DNA of 64,000 nucleotides, taken from NCBI RefSeq assembly GCF_006345805.1, contig NC_042998.1, positions 9,300,001-9,364,000 on the forward strand. Direction: 5' to 3'. Every line of letters begins with the position of its first letter. Within the stretch, counting starts at the first letter, position 1. Under the pieces are notes generated by a model. It was not told the DNA's origin. It saw only the letters and a list, made by a program, of their open reading frames with translations, and did not search any database. The translations under genes and the position numbers were made by a program. Origin of the DNA: Octopus sinensis. Lineage: Eukaryota. Below are positions 1-13,507 of the stretch, piece by piece.

Positions 1-237
1 AAGATAGAACCTCATAGATAGTCAGAAAAGTGTTGCCACCTAAGAGGCAGCTATTACCAGGGAAACAAACATTTCTTCATAATATTTGGTGGAATTAGAA
101 ATCCATGTTTGAAATCAAGGAAAAAAAAAAGAAGCAGTATAAAATATTTTTTCTTTCTCTTGCTCATCCACAATGAAGCACCCAACATTTTTAGTCAATG
201 GAATTCCTGGACAGCACCATCCCTTCCCCTTAGTCCG

Positions 238-463
238 TTCACTCCCGACCCGGTTGAAACCGCTTCTGGCTCTGTTGTATGTAGTACAAATGTTTTGTTT
301 TCATAAATTTTGAATTAAAATCTTCCACCAAACCTTAGTTGGAATTTTTGTTCCTAACACTAGTTTAATGATAACTAAGTCATTTCACTAAATTATTTGT
401 TAAAATTAATTGAAAGAAACACAGAGCACCTCAAAACAAATATGGCAATGAAATGGTTAAAGG
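238..463 (-). mobile_element. Degraded TTAA/piggyBac-type MITE (family E)
   Basis: Reverse complement of the 12010 and 50554 copies (aaaatcttccaccaaaccttagt, gttcctaacactag, gaaagaaacacagagca); ends in ggttaa. Confidence 0.7.
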
Positions 464-534
464 CCATCAGCATGAGATAACTTAACAAATATTGGTTTCA
501 AATTTTGGTGTGAGGCCAACAGTTTCAAGGGAGG

Positions 535-716
535 CTTAAGTCGATTACATCAGACTCCAGTGTGCAACTAGTACTTATTTCAAAGACCCCACCCCAAAAG
601 AAAAGGATGAAAGGCAAAGTCGACCTTGGTGTAATTTGAACTAAGAATGCCTTACTAAATGCTTAGCAGCATTTTATCCATCTTTACATTCTAACCATTC
701 TGCCAGCTCACAGCCT
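535..716 (-). mobile_element. Degraded SINE family A
   Basis: aagtcgattacatc, ggatgaaaggcaaagtcgacc and ttctgccagctc match family A on the minus strand. Confidence 0.7.
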
Positions 717-1428
717 TAAATCTGAGATGTATTAATCGTTTTATGAAGCGAGACATTCCTCACTGATGGAAAATAATTACCGTCTGGAAAAATTATAAAT
801 AGCACAAAGTCTGTGGGTTTCAGCCACATCATGTGTTTGTTTTGTAAACTGTCAACAAGACCACTAAGTCTATTTCTCTTGACAACTTACATTGAAGAAA
901 CGAGTTCTTTGTCAACAGTTACAAATATTTTATTTCCTGCACCAATTCTTTTACTCATAATCATGACCTCCCAACTACTGTATTGTAAATGCTTGATTGT
1001 ATTGCTTGATGACTGTAAAATCTTGATCTAGCATCTTGTGCACATCAAGTAATTACAACAGTTATTCACTTGCTCTATGCAGATATACTGCAAAGGCTAT
1101 TGTTAACTAGGAAATCTAATATATACTTTCCATGTATTAAAACGGGTATCCTCCAGGCTTAGCATAGATGATCATAGTTCTGGCATCTGTCTGAAGAATA
1201 ATCTGTTGGCAGATGTTTTATGGCAAGTAGCACATGGTATTTGTGTGTTGGCTTATTGAAGAGATATAAATGCAAATTTCATATTAAGCAGTTACACTGA
1301 GCTTTGGCCACTTCAAGAAGCTACTACTGCCACAGTCAAAACTATTTTGCTTAGTATAGTACTAAGAATTCTGAAGTCAAGTTGTTGTGCCATTTTGTGT
1401 GTTGAGCACTAAAAAAGTTGCATTTGAC

Positions 1429-1461
<33 letters not shown>

Positions 1462-1464
<3 letters not shown>

Positions 1465-1620
1465 TCATCGTTTAACGTCCACTTTCCATGCTAGCATGGG
1501 TTGGATGGTTTGACTGGACTGGCAAACCAGATGGCTGCACTAGGCTCCAGTCTTGATCTGGCAGAGTTTCTACTGCTGGATGCCCTTCCGAATGCCAACC
1601 ACTCCGAGAGTGTAGTGGGT
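1462..1620 (-). mobile_element. Family C retroposon 3' portion
   Basis: catcgtttaacgtccactttccatgctagcatgggttgg...ggatgcccttcc...gccaaccactcc is the reverse complement of the family C tail. Confidence 0.85.
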
Positions 1621-1635
1621 TTTATATATATATAT

Positions 1636-1740
1636 ACTCTTTTATACTCTTTTACATGTTTCAGTCATTTGACTGTGGCCATGCTGGAGCACTGCCTTTA
1701 ATCGAGCAACTCGACCCCGGCACTTATTCTTTTGTAAGCT
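1636..1740 (-). mobile_element. SINE family B 3' tail fragment
   Basis: tactcttttacatgtttcagtcatttgactgtggccatgctggagcac...cttattcttttgtaagc. Confidence 0.85.
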
Positions 1741-1744
1741 CTCT

Positions 1745-1820
1745 AGCTTGCCAGCTCTGGTCAAACCGTCCAACCCATGCCAGTATGGAAAACAGATATT
1801 AAAGGATGATGATGATGATA
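1745..1820 (+). mobile_element. Family C tail fragment with (GAT)n
   Basis: ggtcaaaccgtccaacccatgccagtatggaaaacagatattaaaggatgatgatgat. Confidence 0.8.
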
Positions 1821-2387
1821 TAGATGCAGAGGTAAAAAAATTAATGAGAGGTAACAAACTAAATTCAAAGCCCTAGTTTGGATAATGAAACAATCTAAGC
1901 TATTTAAAATAATGAAAGTTAAATCTTGGAAAGAATAGTTACCTACTAGTTTATACTAATTAGTTTGTATCTTCAATTTTGTTGGTAAAGATACTGCTTG
2001 TTAGTATTCTCCAGTTTTGAACAAAGCTCTTAATTAATCTAATTGGTTGATATATACTGAAATACTAAATAAACTTAGTGAGCACTTTTTTTTTTTCCAG
2101 TTGAAACTTAATTCTTGTTACCAATAATGTTTCATCTTTGATCAAATATGATTATATGAAAGAAAATTGATTTGTAAATAAATAGAATGTAAATGAATGG
2201 ATATTTGGTCACTCAAAAGTGGGTGGATTGTATTCTAATTATGAGATTGGGTTTTTTGATCAACCGTTTGTTTTAGTAAGCATCTGGTATTGTGTTTATC
2301 TTGGCAAAACAAGAAGTACAGCTTGTTACTAGTTTCATTAACCCTTTAGCATTTAAACTGGTCATATCTAGCCTAAATATTCTACCT

Positions 2388-2799
2388 ATTTCTTTATTAC
2401 CCACAAGGGGCTAAACACAGAGGGGACAAACAAGGACAGACATAGGTATTAAGTCGATTACATCGACCCCAGTACATAACTGGTACTTAATTTATTGACC
2501 CCGAAAGGATGAAAGGCAAAGTCGACCTCGGCGGAATTTGAACTCAGAACGTAATGGCAGACGAAATACCTATTTCTTTATTACCCACAAGGGGCTAAAC
2601 ACAGAGGGAACAAACAAGGACAGACACAGGTATTAAGTCGATTACATCGACCCCAATGCATAACTGGTACTTAATTTATCGACCCCGAAAGGATGAAATG
2701 CAAAGTCCACCTCGGCGGAATTTGAACTCACAACGTAACGCAGACGAAATACCGCTAAGCATTTCGCCCGGCGTGCAAACGTTTCTGCTAGCTCGCCGC
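2388..2799 (-). mobile_element. Young tRNA-headed SINE family A, head-to-tail partial dimer with 20-bp TSD
   Basis: Minus strand has A-box-like GGCAGAAACGTT and B-box-like GAGTTCAAATTCC. Full copy ~2799-2569 is followed by a headless second copy. The TSD ctagcctaaatattctacct occurs at 2368-2387 and 2800-2819. Confidence 0.92.
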
Positions 2800-4518
2800 C
2801 TAGCCTAAATATTCTACCTGTTTATGTATCTTGTTCCTGGACACAGTATGCCACTCAGTCCAAGAAGTGAACTCCGAATTTTATGATTGTGTTCTCATAC
2901 CTTAACCTGCTCCATGCACCTTTTGCAGTATGGTAATAGTTATTCTTTAAAAATTCTTTGTATGTATGAAATAAAAATTTAAGGTTTCGGTTACTGAATT
3001 TTTGTTCCTTTGAAAATTTTCCTTTATGTTGATTTTTGTTTTGTTAGTCCTTTGTTGCTGACCAATGCAACCCCTTTCCTTCTGCATACCCTGCTGAATA
3101 GCCACCTACAATTGTTCTTCGATTGCAATCAGCCTGGTTGCTTTTGTTGTCACTATGAATGAATAATACTATTTATAGAACGCCACAGCTGCTTACAGTA
3201 GTGCTATGAAGAAAGTTCTTGTTCATTTTATATCAAAAGAAAAGTGACCGATATGATAGTTTCCCAAAGATAGGAGTTATTAGATATTTTATTTGGCATC
3301 AAATACATCAATCATTATGAAGAGTCTGAGATCAATTGGAAAAGCATTAGAATAGCTTGGGGCAGAATAAGTTTGTCTAATCACCATTTTATTTTTGGAA
3401 AATAATGGCATGTTAAAGACCTGTGTAGATGAGGTCATTCCAGTATCATCAGGTCATCCTGGTACATTTATCTATCCTTGTGGGGTTTTTCTACTTGCAT
3501 TTAAATATTCATCTTATGAATGTTATATTAGCATGCAGGAATTAGGACTGGATATACATCTAAAAAGAAACCTGGTTTCCTTTGCACAATAGATGCAAAT
3601 AGCCCAGTCATTTCATACCATTATTTGGTGGAATCTTTTTTTTTTCTATACCAAGGAAAGAATTTTTTTTTCTGTTAGCTTCAGATACCAAGTATATATC
3701 TATTATATGAGCTTTTTAATTCTGAGCTGTCTTGCAAGTTGCCTTTATGTGTGTGTGTGTGTGTTTTATCCAGCTATTCATGTGTTCTTTGTTGTATAGA
3801 GAAGTGCTTTGACCTTTTTCTTAAGTTTCATTGAAAAGTGTGTTAGGATAAATACACTTCATTATGATGAAGGCCAATTCATGCAGCCAATTACCTAGAT
3901 TGATTTAGATTTTAGTATGTATTTTACTTGAAAGATTTTTCATTTTGTTTTTACCTAACTTCACTTCAGTCTTTCATGAACTTGTTCCAACTTTTAGGAT
4001 TACTAGGTCCTATTATCCATCATTTGTACTGAAAATGATGCTGGTAGTAGTTGTAGTAGTTACAATAATAATATGATAATGATAACTACTTGTTTAGATC
4101 TGAATCACTATTTAGCACTGAGTAGCCTCTTCTTTGTGTACAGTAATAATAAATTTGGCTAATAGTGAAATTGCAATCTTCTTAGTATCTCAACTAAATG
4201 AATTTATATATTTTCAACACCTTGAAGTTGAAAACAATACTTATAATTTACACTAAAAAAAAATTCTCCTTTTCTATTTTTCTGTTGCAGAAAGCAAACC
4301 CTGTAAAATGTAAATTACTGATGTTTTGTTTCAGTGTTATACTGTACTATAGAATATATCTATAGATTTTAGCCAACACTGTGTGTCTGTAGAAACAGAT
4401 GCTGATGCCTACATGGAGAGAAGTGTGTCAGAAGCAAAACATTAATAACCTAGTAATTTATTAACCCCAAAAACAAAAATCCAGGAATGTGTGTATGCAT
4501 GCGAGAGCAAATTGGTCT

Positions 4519-5240
4519 AAGTTAAGTTAATTTTTTGGCTCAAAAAGCAAAAAGCAAGGCCATGTAGGGGGACATGGAGTTAAGTACAGGGAGAGTGTTC
4601 ATGCAAAGAGTTCAGGCCATTTCTGGTCGAGAGAGACTTTGAACCGAGTGGTCATCGGCATCTTCACTATCTCGTCCAGCAGCTTATTCCACGGATCCGC
4701 AACCCGAACGGAGAAAACCCCTCTCCTTCAATTGAGATGAAATCGTTGCAGATAGAGCTTTTTGGAGTGACCCCACAGCCGACGCTCTGGAGCAGGAGTG
4801 AAGAACAGCCCTTTCAAGAGGTTACAGTTTCCGCTTATGATGTTGTGAGCGAGAATGAGATCACCACGGCGTCGTCGTTTTTCTTGAGAATAAAGGTTGA
4901 GCGTCTTCAGCCTTTCTTCATAAGACAAATGCTTGAGGCCAAGAACCATGCGGGTAGCCAGCTTCTGGACTCTTTCGAGATGATGTATGTCTTTGAGAAG
5001 ATAAAGAGAAGAGGCTTGAATCCCGTACTCCAATATGGGTCTCACCAGCGTGACATAGAGCGGTAGGAATATGGCTGCTGTGAGCATTCCGAATGACCGT
5101 CGAATCAAAAACAGAACTCCGCGTGCTTTGTTGGCAGCATGGACGCACTGGGCTGAAGGCGGAAAGGAAGAATCCACCAAGATACCCAGGTCCTTTACCT
5201 GGTCGGTCCTCTCCAGCAGCAGACAACCCGGCTCAACTAA
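4519..5240 (-). mobile_element. 5'-truncated CR1/L2-group LINE (RT thumb, C-terminus, 3' UTR)
   Basis: Minus strand encodes KDLGILVDSS...ANKARGVLFLIRRSF...LYVTLVRPILEYG...LERVQKLATRMV.GLKHLSYEERLKTLNLYS.EKRRRRGDLI, typical CR1-clade ORF2 motifs. Short (TAACT)n tail near 4520. Confidence 0.88.
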
Positions 5241-7345
5241 CTTGTGGGTTTATAAGAAGAAACTCTGATAGTGAAAGAGCGTGCTCATTTGCTAATGAAA
5301 CCTCAACATGGGAGAAATTAGTCCAGTTGGTCCAACTTTAGTTCTATAAATGATCTGAAATTGTAATATTTAACACTTCTTTGTCATTAGTTTTTAAAGT
5401 TGCTTTTTTTTTTTGGCTTAAGTTTCTTTTGTATCTTGAAGTATTTTTATAATGTATGCTATACATTTTTATAGTTATGATAATTAAATTAGTAATGTTT
5501 AAATAATTAAAGTAGAGCAATTAATAACATTGTTATTCAGATTTACTGCTGAAGCCACATAAGCAAGTCATGCTTAGTAGTCTTTAAAATAAAAATTTTA
5601 AAAAGAATATTTTGTGGAGTTTTTCTTGAAGAAATTTTTTTATACATTCCTTGTTTTACAAATTATCAAATTAATTCTTTTCTATATTTTCATTTATTTA
5701 TACTTTGTTAAAAATTAAAGTTCCCATCATATGGATTCCAGCAACAATTTGATAACATTTAATTATCAAAACTGATAATTGGATGCAACCATTCTATTCA
5801 GTAGTGGATTAATATTAATAGAATTTATTGATAGCGAATGTTATTCCCAATAAAAGCAAATTTGTGTGTTTAATTACACAAAATATTGTTTTGAAGTGAG
5901 TAGAAATATTTCTCATACTTGAACCAATACACTAAAATTCCCTCGTTTATTTATTTTGATATTTTTGCAACCAGTTGTTCACATTACCATGGATTATTTG
6001 GTTGCCCAGATTTACGTCTTTATATGATTTATTAGAGTATTTTAAAATTGAGTGGTTGTCCTTAAAATAGCCTCTCATTTCCAAAGTTAACCTTTCTAAC
6101 TTTTGATGAAGCCTCTACAGTAAGCACATTAAAATGCTATCAAACAATCCACATCTAAATAATTTAAACATAATATGCAAATGAAATCAACCAAAACCTG
6201 TTTCTCTGATGAATTTTCTTTTAAGGTTATGCATTGTGAAACAATACTGTTTTGTAACATTTTTATAACATTGAGTTTGAAAATCTAAATGTGCAGTACA
6301 GAGAACATTACTATTGTAGACTTTTATTTTAAAAATTAGCATAAATTGAAAGATTCAAATGGAGAGGTTCATTGAAATCTCTGCTAATTTGAGACAATTG
6401 CTTTCAGAAAAAAGTAGGAAGTTGTTCTTATGAGTGATGGAAAGTGGTGAGTTGTTAAGTGATGTAATAGAAGCATTACTAAATGGTTTCAAGTGTTTAA
6501 AATATAAACTTGGCAAATGACTCTATTCAGCATGACAAGGACTAGCTCGAAAGTTTTTTTTTTGTTTTTTTTTTAAACTCCAGTGAACTATGATAGGTCT
6601 GTGCTCAAAAGATTTCCAGTCGTGACAAATAGATTTAGGTTTTAAGTATGAAATTTATGTTTTTTTGTTTTTTTATGGTAGGGTGTGATTTGAAGATTTG
6701 GTTGTTGAGTGACCACACAACAGCTACCAAGTTTTATAAGGCAGTAGATAGGTTGTTTTAGATATTCAATTTAGTTTGGTTGATGTCAGCAATGAAAGGC
6801 TTAGATGACTAAATGTACCTAAGAAATTGTAGTGTGAAGTGTAAGCAGTGTGTGTGTGTGAATAAATATGTATGATTTGCTGGATACATGATGAGAATTC
6901 ATATGAGTTAAATTAGAAATCTGAATAGGTTTGATGTTATCAAGAGTAACGTAAGGGGTATCTAGTGAAATCAAAAGATCAAACTGAATTAATTAGCTTT
7001 ATTTTTAGCTATAGAAAAAAGGGGGAGGTGGTAATCTCCAAAGAGAAAAGTAAAAAACAGTAAAAAAAAAAGACAGCTTTATCTTAGAGCCAAAGACCAA
7101 AAAATGTGATAAGTAAATTACAAGTGAGAGAGACTATAAGCTTCTCTATAATTTGTGGTCTTGGTCTGTCAGGAATCATTGGAGTGAAACTGCTTTATAA
7201 CAATAGTTTCAAATTTTGGCAAAAGGCCAGCAGTTTCAGAATGCAGGGGTGTTGAGTCAACTACATCAACTCAGTACTCAACTGGTGTGTGTTGTTCTAG
7301 TAATTCTTTCAGCTTGCCACCTTAAACTAGTTTTACAATTATAAA

Positions 7346-7607
7346 CTTGACTGGCTTCTGTGCCGGTGGCACGTAAAATGCACCAATCCGATCGTGGCCG
7401 TTGCCAGCCTCGCCTGGCACCTGTGCCGGCGGCACGTAAAAAGCACCCACTACACTCACGGAGTGGTTGGCGTTAGGAAAGACATATAGCTGTAGAAACA
7501 CTGCCAGATCAGACTGGAGCCTGGTGCAGTCTCCTGGCTTCCCAGATCCCCGGTCGAACCGTCCAACCCATGCTAGCATGAAAAGCGGACGTTAAATGAT
7601 GATGATG
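7346..7607 (+). mobile_element. Family C retroposon, 2 hairpin modules
   Basis: Two gtgccggtggcac-gtaaaaagcacc modules, then gagtggttggcgttagga... and a (GAT)n tail. Confidence 0.9.
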
Positions 7608-8362
7608 AAACTCTAGCTACAAGAACATTTAGAATTTTTTTTTTTCTCTTATAAAGGTGTGGAATTCGAGATGGTCATGTCTCCACTCTTGTTTGATTTT
7701 GCATTCTGTTTCAAAGTTTCACATTGTACACTACTACTTTGGCTCAGGTGTCAGAGTATTCATTGAATCTAAAAAGTTCACTACTTGAAAATAATACCTG
7801 GTGCTTATCTTTATTATGATACACAATTGTTGAGATCATGTTATAGTAATACTCTTAATGGCCCATTAATAGTATGTTATCGAAAATTCAAGTAATGGAC
7901 ATATAATTTTTCTGTCTCCACAGACTGTTTATGCCAACATAAATATGCTGACTCAGCATGTAGGCCAAAGTGAATTTTTTTGACCAAAAGTGTTAGTTTT
8001 TTTAAATGTTGGTTTCAAATTTGAGATGTTATTCACAAGAAGACTTAACAGATCACGTTGTGGTAGCTGTTCTGCTAAGTAAGTTGTCATATGCAAGTGA
8101 TCCTTTTTGTCCCAACCTCTTCAAACAAACCAATGGCGTTGTATAGCAATAACTGATTGATTCCAAGAATAATTTTACATTAAGAAATATGAATAAACTT
8201 CAACAGAATCTTATCAGATTATGAATTAACATTGGAGTAGTTTTTTTTTTATCTATCAAATATTAGGGAGACCCAGAGAATTTTGATGGCTTGATGTGAC
8301 AAATTTCACATGTAAAACCCAAATGTGGAACCCTGTTAAGGCAATGATACCCAACCTTTTCA

Positions 8363-8416
8363 CAGTGGTTCTCAACCTTTTTATTTAAAAGACCCCTTTT
8401 AATATGCTTATCCTTA

Positions 8417-8452
<36 letters not shown>

Positions 8453-8528
8453 TTTGAATTTAGTTCAGATCCCCTGTACTACCTTTATGGATCACCAGGG
8501 GTCTGCAGACTCCAGGTTGGGAACCATT
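8363..8528. mobile_element. hAT-like MITE
   Basis: Imperfect TIRs cagtggttctcaacc ... ggttgggaaccatt; internal TA microsatellite. Confidence 0.6.
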
Positions 8529-9104
8529 AAATTAAGGTTATTATTGAATTATAAATTGAATAGCTAAAAGTAAATGCATTTGCTTAATATTTTGATTTTA
8601 AACTCTGGGAATTAGTGTCAGTATTTCAATAAATTGTAACTAAACCCTTGTTGTTAGTAGTTTATCGTAGTTCTTTGTTTGTTTTAGTTAAAAAAGTATG
8701 TTGCTGATGTCTGTGAAGTTGGACAGAAGTATTCTTGTCGCTCCAATTAACTGATTATTGATTTTCTTCTATAAGATGGTGCACCAAGTCATTTTCTTTG
8801 ACTTAAAAGTACATCTTAAAAGATTCTCAGGTACAATTCATGCATAACTTGCAAATAAGCTGCGGTAACTTTTTCAAAGATCTGGGACCAAATTTTTGGC
8901 TTACATGTCAGTATGTACAGTAGTTTTGGGGTTTTCTTTTTTTTTTCACACGTTAAAATGTCCTCGTTAAGCTATGGACATTCATTTTGTTTTGGAATAT
9001 AAAGTCTGTTACTCATAACTAGTAGCAATATTATTAACATAGGCATAAGACCAAAAATTTTGTGGAAATGATTTATCATTTAAATTGATTCTTGAACTGG
9101 TCTG

Positions 9105-9394
9105 GTACATAGGTACATACCCAATACCGTTACGTACATAGGTACATAGCCAATACCGTTACGTACATAGGTACATACCCAATACCGTTACGTACATAGG
9201 TACATAGCCAATACCGTTACGTACATAGGTACATAGCCAATACCATTACGTACATAGGTACATAGCCAATACCATTACGTACATAGGTACATAGCCAATA
9301 CCGTTACGTACATAGGTACATAGCCAATACCGTTACGTACATAGGTACATACCCAATACCGTTACGTACATAGGTACATAGCCAATACTGTTAC
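9105..9394. repeat. 29-bp minisatellite, 10 units
   Basis: Unit GTACATAGGTACATA(G/C)CCAATACC(G/A)TTAC; first unit at 9105, last at 9366 (9 x 29 later). Confidence 0.97.
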
Positions 9395-10324
9395 CCTCTA
9401 CCACTAACCATAATTCTTTCTCTTCCTTCTAACTCTTACTTGACATCTACCACTCACCCCATCACCTTATCTCTGTTAATATCCTTACTCACTCCTATCA
9501 TGGTACATCATCTTTGTTACTACTTCATGTCGTTTGTTTTCTATTCAACTTCTAACAATGAACATGTGGCTGTCATTAGCTTTCTCTTGTCATTATTTCA
9601 CTCTATCCATGACCACCCCTTTTTTCACATACTCATCATATGTTCTCTTTTTCCCTTGTTTCATCCCACTGCACTCTCTAATTTCCCCCTTTTTTTTAAA
9701 CCATCATTCCTATTCACATTCTTAATCATATTTGCCTTGAAAGAATGGTGAATAAATGGACTCCCTAGTCTCGCAGGGGACAATGCAGCTTCTGCAGTGT
9801 TGGTGTCTCAATAAAGTGAACCCTGTACATACTGGACGTTGTTAAGATTAGAAAGTGCACCCAACTACAGAAATCACACCAAAAAGAATCATTAGTTAGA
9901 CATGATACTCCAATCTGCTTCGGAAGGTAGTAACTAGTAACTCCAAACAAACTGACTAGAGCTGTGTTGACCTTTTCAACCCTTCCAAGCAAGCACTGTA
10001 AACAGACTATAAAGTAATTATGATGATTCATATTTTCTGATAAATTTTTATTGATTATGATTATATTCAAGTTGTAAAGTGTATTTGAATACCTATCTAA
10101 GATGATGCTAAAAATTTCTTCTACCCTCTTGCAAGAAATTCCTTTTCTACATTGAGATAAAATTCATTGAAATTTTATTAAGCTTGTCTTGCCAACCTGT
10201 TTGAATTCACAATCTAGTTTAATTAGATTTTCTATTTATAATTTTAAGTAAGTTTAATTTTACTTTAGTTTTGTCATCCCCTGAAAGGGAAACATTATAT
10301 TAGATTTTTGTTAGACCTTATCAT

Positions 10325-10675
10325 AATCATTTTAATGTTCACTTTTCCATGCTTGCATGGGTCAGATGGAACTCATTGAGGCAGATTTTCTGTGGATACA
10401 CTTTGTTCCCAACCTTCACCCATTTCCCCATGGCCAGACATGTTTTCATGGAAGATAGAAAATGAATGACACCATTTATGATGATAATGCTTGTTTACAA
10501 CTGTTGGACAGTCTCAAGACAAGGTGATACACACACTTGAGCTTTTTTTCAGTTTCTGTTTACTAAAACTGCTTTCAAAGCTTTGGTTGGTCCCACCCAA
10601 AGTTCTACACAGTGGGACTGAACCCAAGACCACATGGGTGAGAAGTGAACTTCTTAACCACACAACCATGCCTGA
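10325..10675 (-). mobile_element. Degraded family C-like tail plus family B head
   Basis: catttt aatgttcacttttccatgcttgcatggg (C tail, reverse) and gggactgaacccaagaccacatgg...cttaaccacacaacc (B head, reverse). Confidence 0.55.
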
Positions 10676-12009
10676 TAAAACTTTTATTACATTTGATTTT
10701 TATTTCTTGTAAACTTAGGCTATCCTTATTCTGTGGATAATTTTCACTTAACAATATTCATGTAAAATCATTTGGTAACTTAAGCAGTGGATACATGTAA
10801 AAGTAGCCTCAATCCCTTTAGTTTTTCATAAGGTCTACATTATTATTTGTGTAAAAGAGATGATGGTATGGTATTTGCTTGTTTTGTGATTTTGTTAATC
10901 ATAAATATGTAATAAACATTTTTGACATTTTGTTTGACTAGTTAATCATTTGTTTTAAAGATGTCAAGCTGAGTCAATTAATTATATATTCTGATGTTAG
11001 ATGTATTTTAAATTATTTAGATATGTTATAGTCTGATGGTTTTCAATAGCAAAGAATTTAGAGAACAGGCATATGGTATCAATCCCATTGTATTTATTGC
11101 ACATGACTTTTGTGTCTGGATTTTTTTGCAATGATTTTCAAAATTTTGAGTGCTCTAGTGTAGAGGTAATTACACAATCCTTGTCAAAGTTTTTTTTTTT
11201 TTTAAATATATTAATTAGAGGAAAAGACCTTTGACTTTTGTAGTCTCTGACTGTTAAGTTTGTTATGGTTAATGATCAGTGTAGGAAGAGGAAATTGTAG
11301 AGGATTGCAGTTCTGGAGAAGAATTTGAAGTGTTTAGTGTAACATTCGAAGGTGGCGTCTGCAGTGAGAATTCAGAAAAGCAAAGGCATTTGTGCCATTG
11401 TAATAGTAACTGAGGAAATACCAGTTCTAAGAGCTTATATTGTTTCTAAAGTAGATGGAAATGCTTTCTGCTTTACCCTTCTCATCTAAAACATTGTGGA
11501 TAACGCTTAGCCTGATATTTACCAATTCTGTATCAGTGAAACATCTCTTTGGTTATCTTAATTCCTGCAAGGATATGGCCCCATTGCTGGCATACAAATG
11601 CACAATCTGCTAGTTGAGTTCAATATCTGAGTCATGTGACTCTTCAAGTAGCCAGGCGGGTGTTTTATGTACTTAAAATGAGATTGTTTAAACCAATGCA
11701 TGATGTTAGACATTGCAACACTTCTTTACCCCCTTTTCTTTGTTTTTAATTTTTATGTTCAGATAAGTAGATTTAAAATGACACCAACTTCAAATAGAAA
11801 AATCATTGTTTGGTATTTAACTTTTATCAATGGAGGGGTATTAGGAAATTGTGTCATACTTCTTGCTTATTTAGTTTTAATTTTCTATACTACTATGACA
11901 TTTCCTAATTCTTGTAAAATGTTGTTTGCCCAGGAAAATTTATCATCCAACAATCCTATAAATTCTCAATATTACAATAGCCTTTTCCTTTTTAAAGAAT
12001 TATATTTAA

Positions 12010-12228
12010 CCCTTTCGTTACTGTATTTATTTTGAGATGCTCTGTGTTTCATTCAATTAATTTTAAATATAACAAAGAATTTAGTAAAATAACTTTATCA
12101 TTCAGCTAGTGTTAGGAACATAAATTGTGACTAAGGTTTGGTGGAAGATTTTAATTCAAAACTTATGAAAACAAGACATTTGTACTACAGAGCCAGAGCT
12201 GGTTTCAGCCGGGTTGGTAATGAAAGGG
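12010..12228 (+). mobile_element. TTAA/piggyBac-type MITE (family E)
   Basis: TTAA on both sides (12006-12009, 12229-12232); TIRs ccctttcgttac / gtaatgaaaggg; near-identical to 50554-50773. Confidence 0.88.
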
Positions 12229-12804
12229 TTAACTCTTTATCTAAATGTATTGAATATTTTCAGTATCATTTTAATATCTCTCTTGTACCTCCAAAGCAAT
12301 CATCTTCAGCAAACTACAATCGATGTGGAACACTTCTAGCACCTCTAGCACCATCCAATATGAATTTAGGATATAATCAGTTTTGCTATTTTTGCCTTCC
12401 ACCTGTAGAAAGAATCCACATGAGAACCTTTTATACCATTATTTTTAAACAGTCATTATTTGCTAAACTGTGTCAATACTTTGAGATAGTGTACCATCTC
12501 CAAAATCATATATATATAGATATTTTATATTTAAATTCCAATTTGACTAAATGTACAATAAATTTTCTTCCACAACTCTAAATTTGGCTAATAAATGTTT
12601 GATCATATACTGATTAATATAGGATTTTTTCATGAGGCTGTCTTCAAAGAATTTCTGCAGCACTTTGAAATTTCCAAATAATCAGTTTTATTATATATAA
12701 TCATGAAATGCTAAAACTGAGCTTTCAGTAGTTCACATGTTGAAGGGATTTGTATGTGAGTGTGATTCTTACTATTAAGTCAAGGTCAGCTTAATCACAT
12801 GCAC

Positions 12805-13033
12805 CGGTGGTTCTCAACTACAGTCCATATAAGATTTTATTAAAATTTATCTGCAATAAAACTTTACTTCTACTATATAGAAAATACTTTAACAATTTTT
12901 TAAATACAATTCCTAATATTTAATTATAAAAATATAATGGGTTTTTTTAAAACATCAGATGGCTAGGAGGGTCCATACGAGTAAAAGAGGAATCAAAGGG
13001 GTCCATAGGTATCAAAATGGTTGAGAAACACTG
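12805..13033. mobile_element. hAT (Charlie-like) MITE
   Basis: TIRs cggtggttctcaac / gttgagaaacactg; degenerate 8-bp flanks. Confidence 0.7.
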
Positions 13034-13112
13034 ATATAGACCAATAATCAAAAGTTCCAACTTTGATCATCCTACCTTTTCTGTTTTTTTTTTTCAAAAC
13101 TATATTATCCAA

Positions 13113-13507
13113 ACTCTTTACTCTTTTACTTGTTTCAGTCATTTGACTGCGGCCATGCTGGAGCACCGCCTTTAGTCAAGCAAATCGACCCCGGGACTTA
13201 TTCTTTGTAAGCCCAGTACTTATTCTATCGGTCTCTTTTGCCGAACCGCTAAGTGATGTGGACGTAAACACACCAGCATCGGTTGTCAAGCAATGCTAGG
13301 GGGACAAACACACACAATCACACACACACATATATATATACATATATACGACAGGCTTCTTTCAGTTTCCATCTACCAAATCCACTCACAAGGCATTGGT
13401 CGGCCTGGGGCTATAGCAGAAGACACTTGCCCAAGATGCCACGCAGTGGGACTGAACCCAGAACCATGTGGTTGGTTAGCAAGCTTCTTACCACACAGCC
13501 ACTCCTG
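13113..13507 (-). mobile_element. Full-length tRNA-headed SINE family B
   Basis: Minus strand head caggagtggctgtgtggtaag (A box) and ggttcagtccc (B box), central TA/CA microsatellite, tail gtcaaatgactgaaacaagtaaaagagta. Confidence 0.92.

Noticed and set aside
13113-13507. tRNA genes at SINE A and B heads
   Set aside because: A/B boxes are present but there is no complete cloverleaf; each continues into a SINE body and tail and occurs as dispersed copies.
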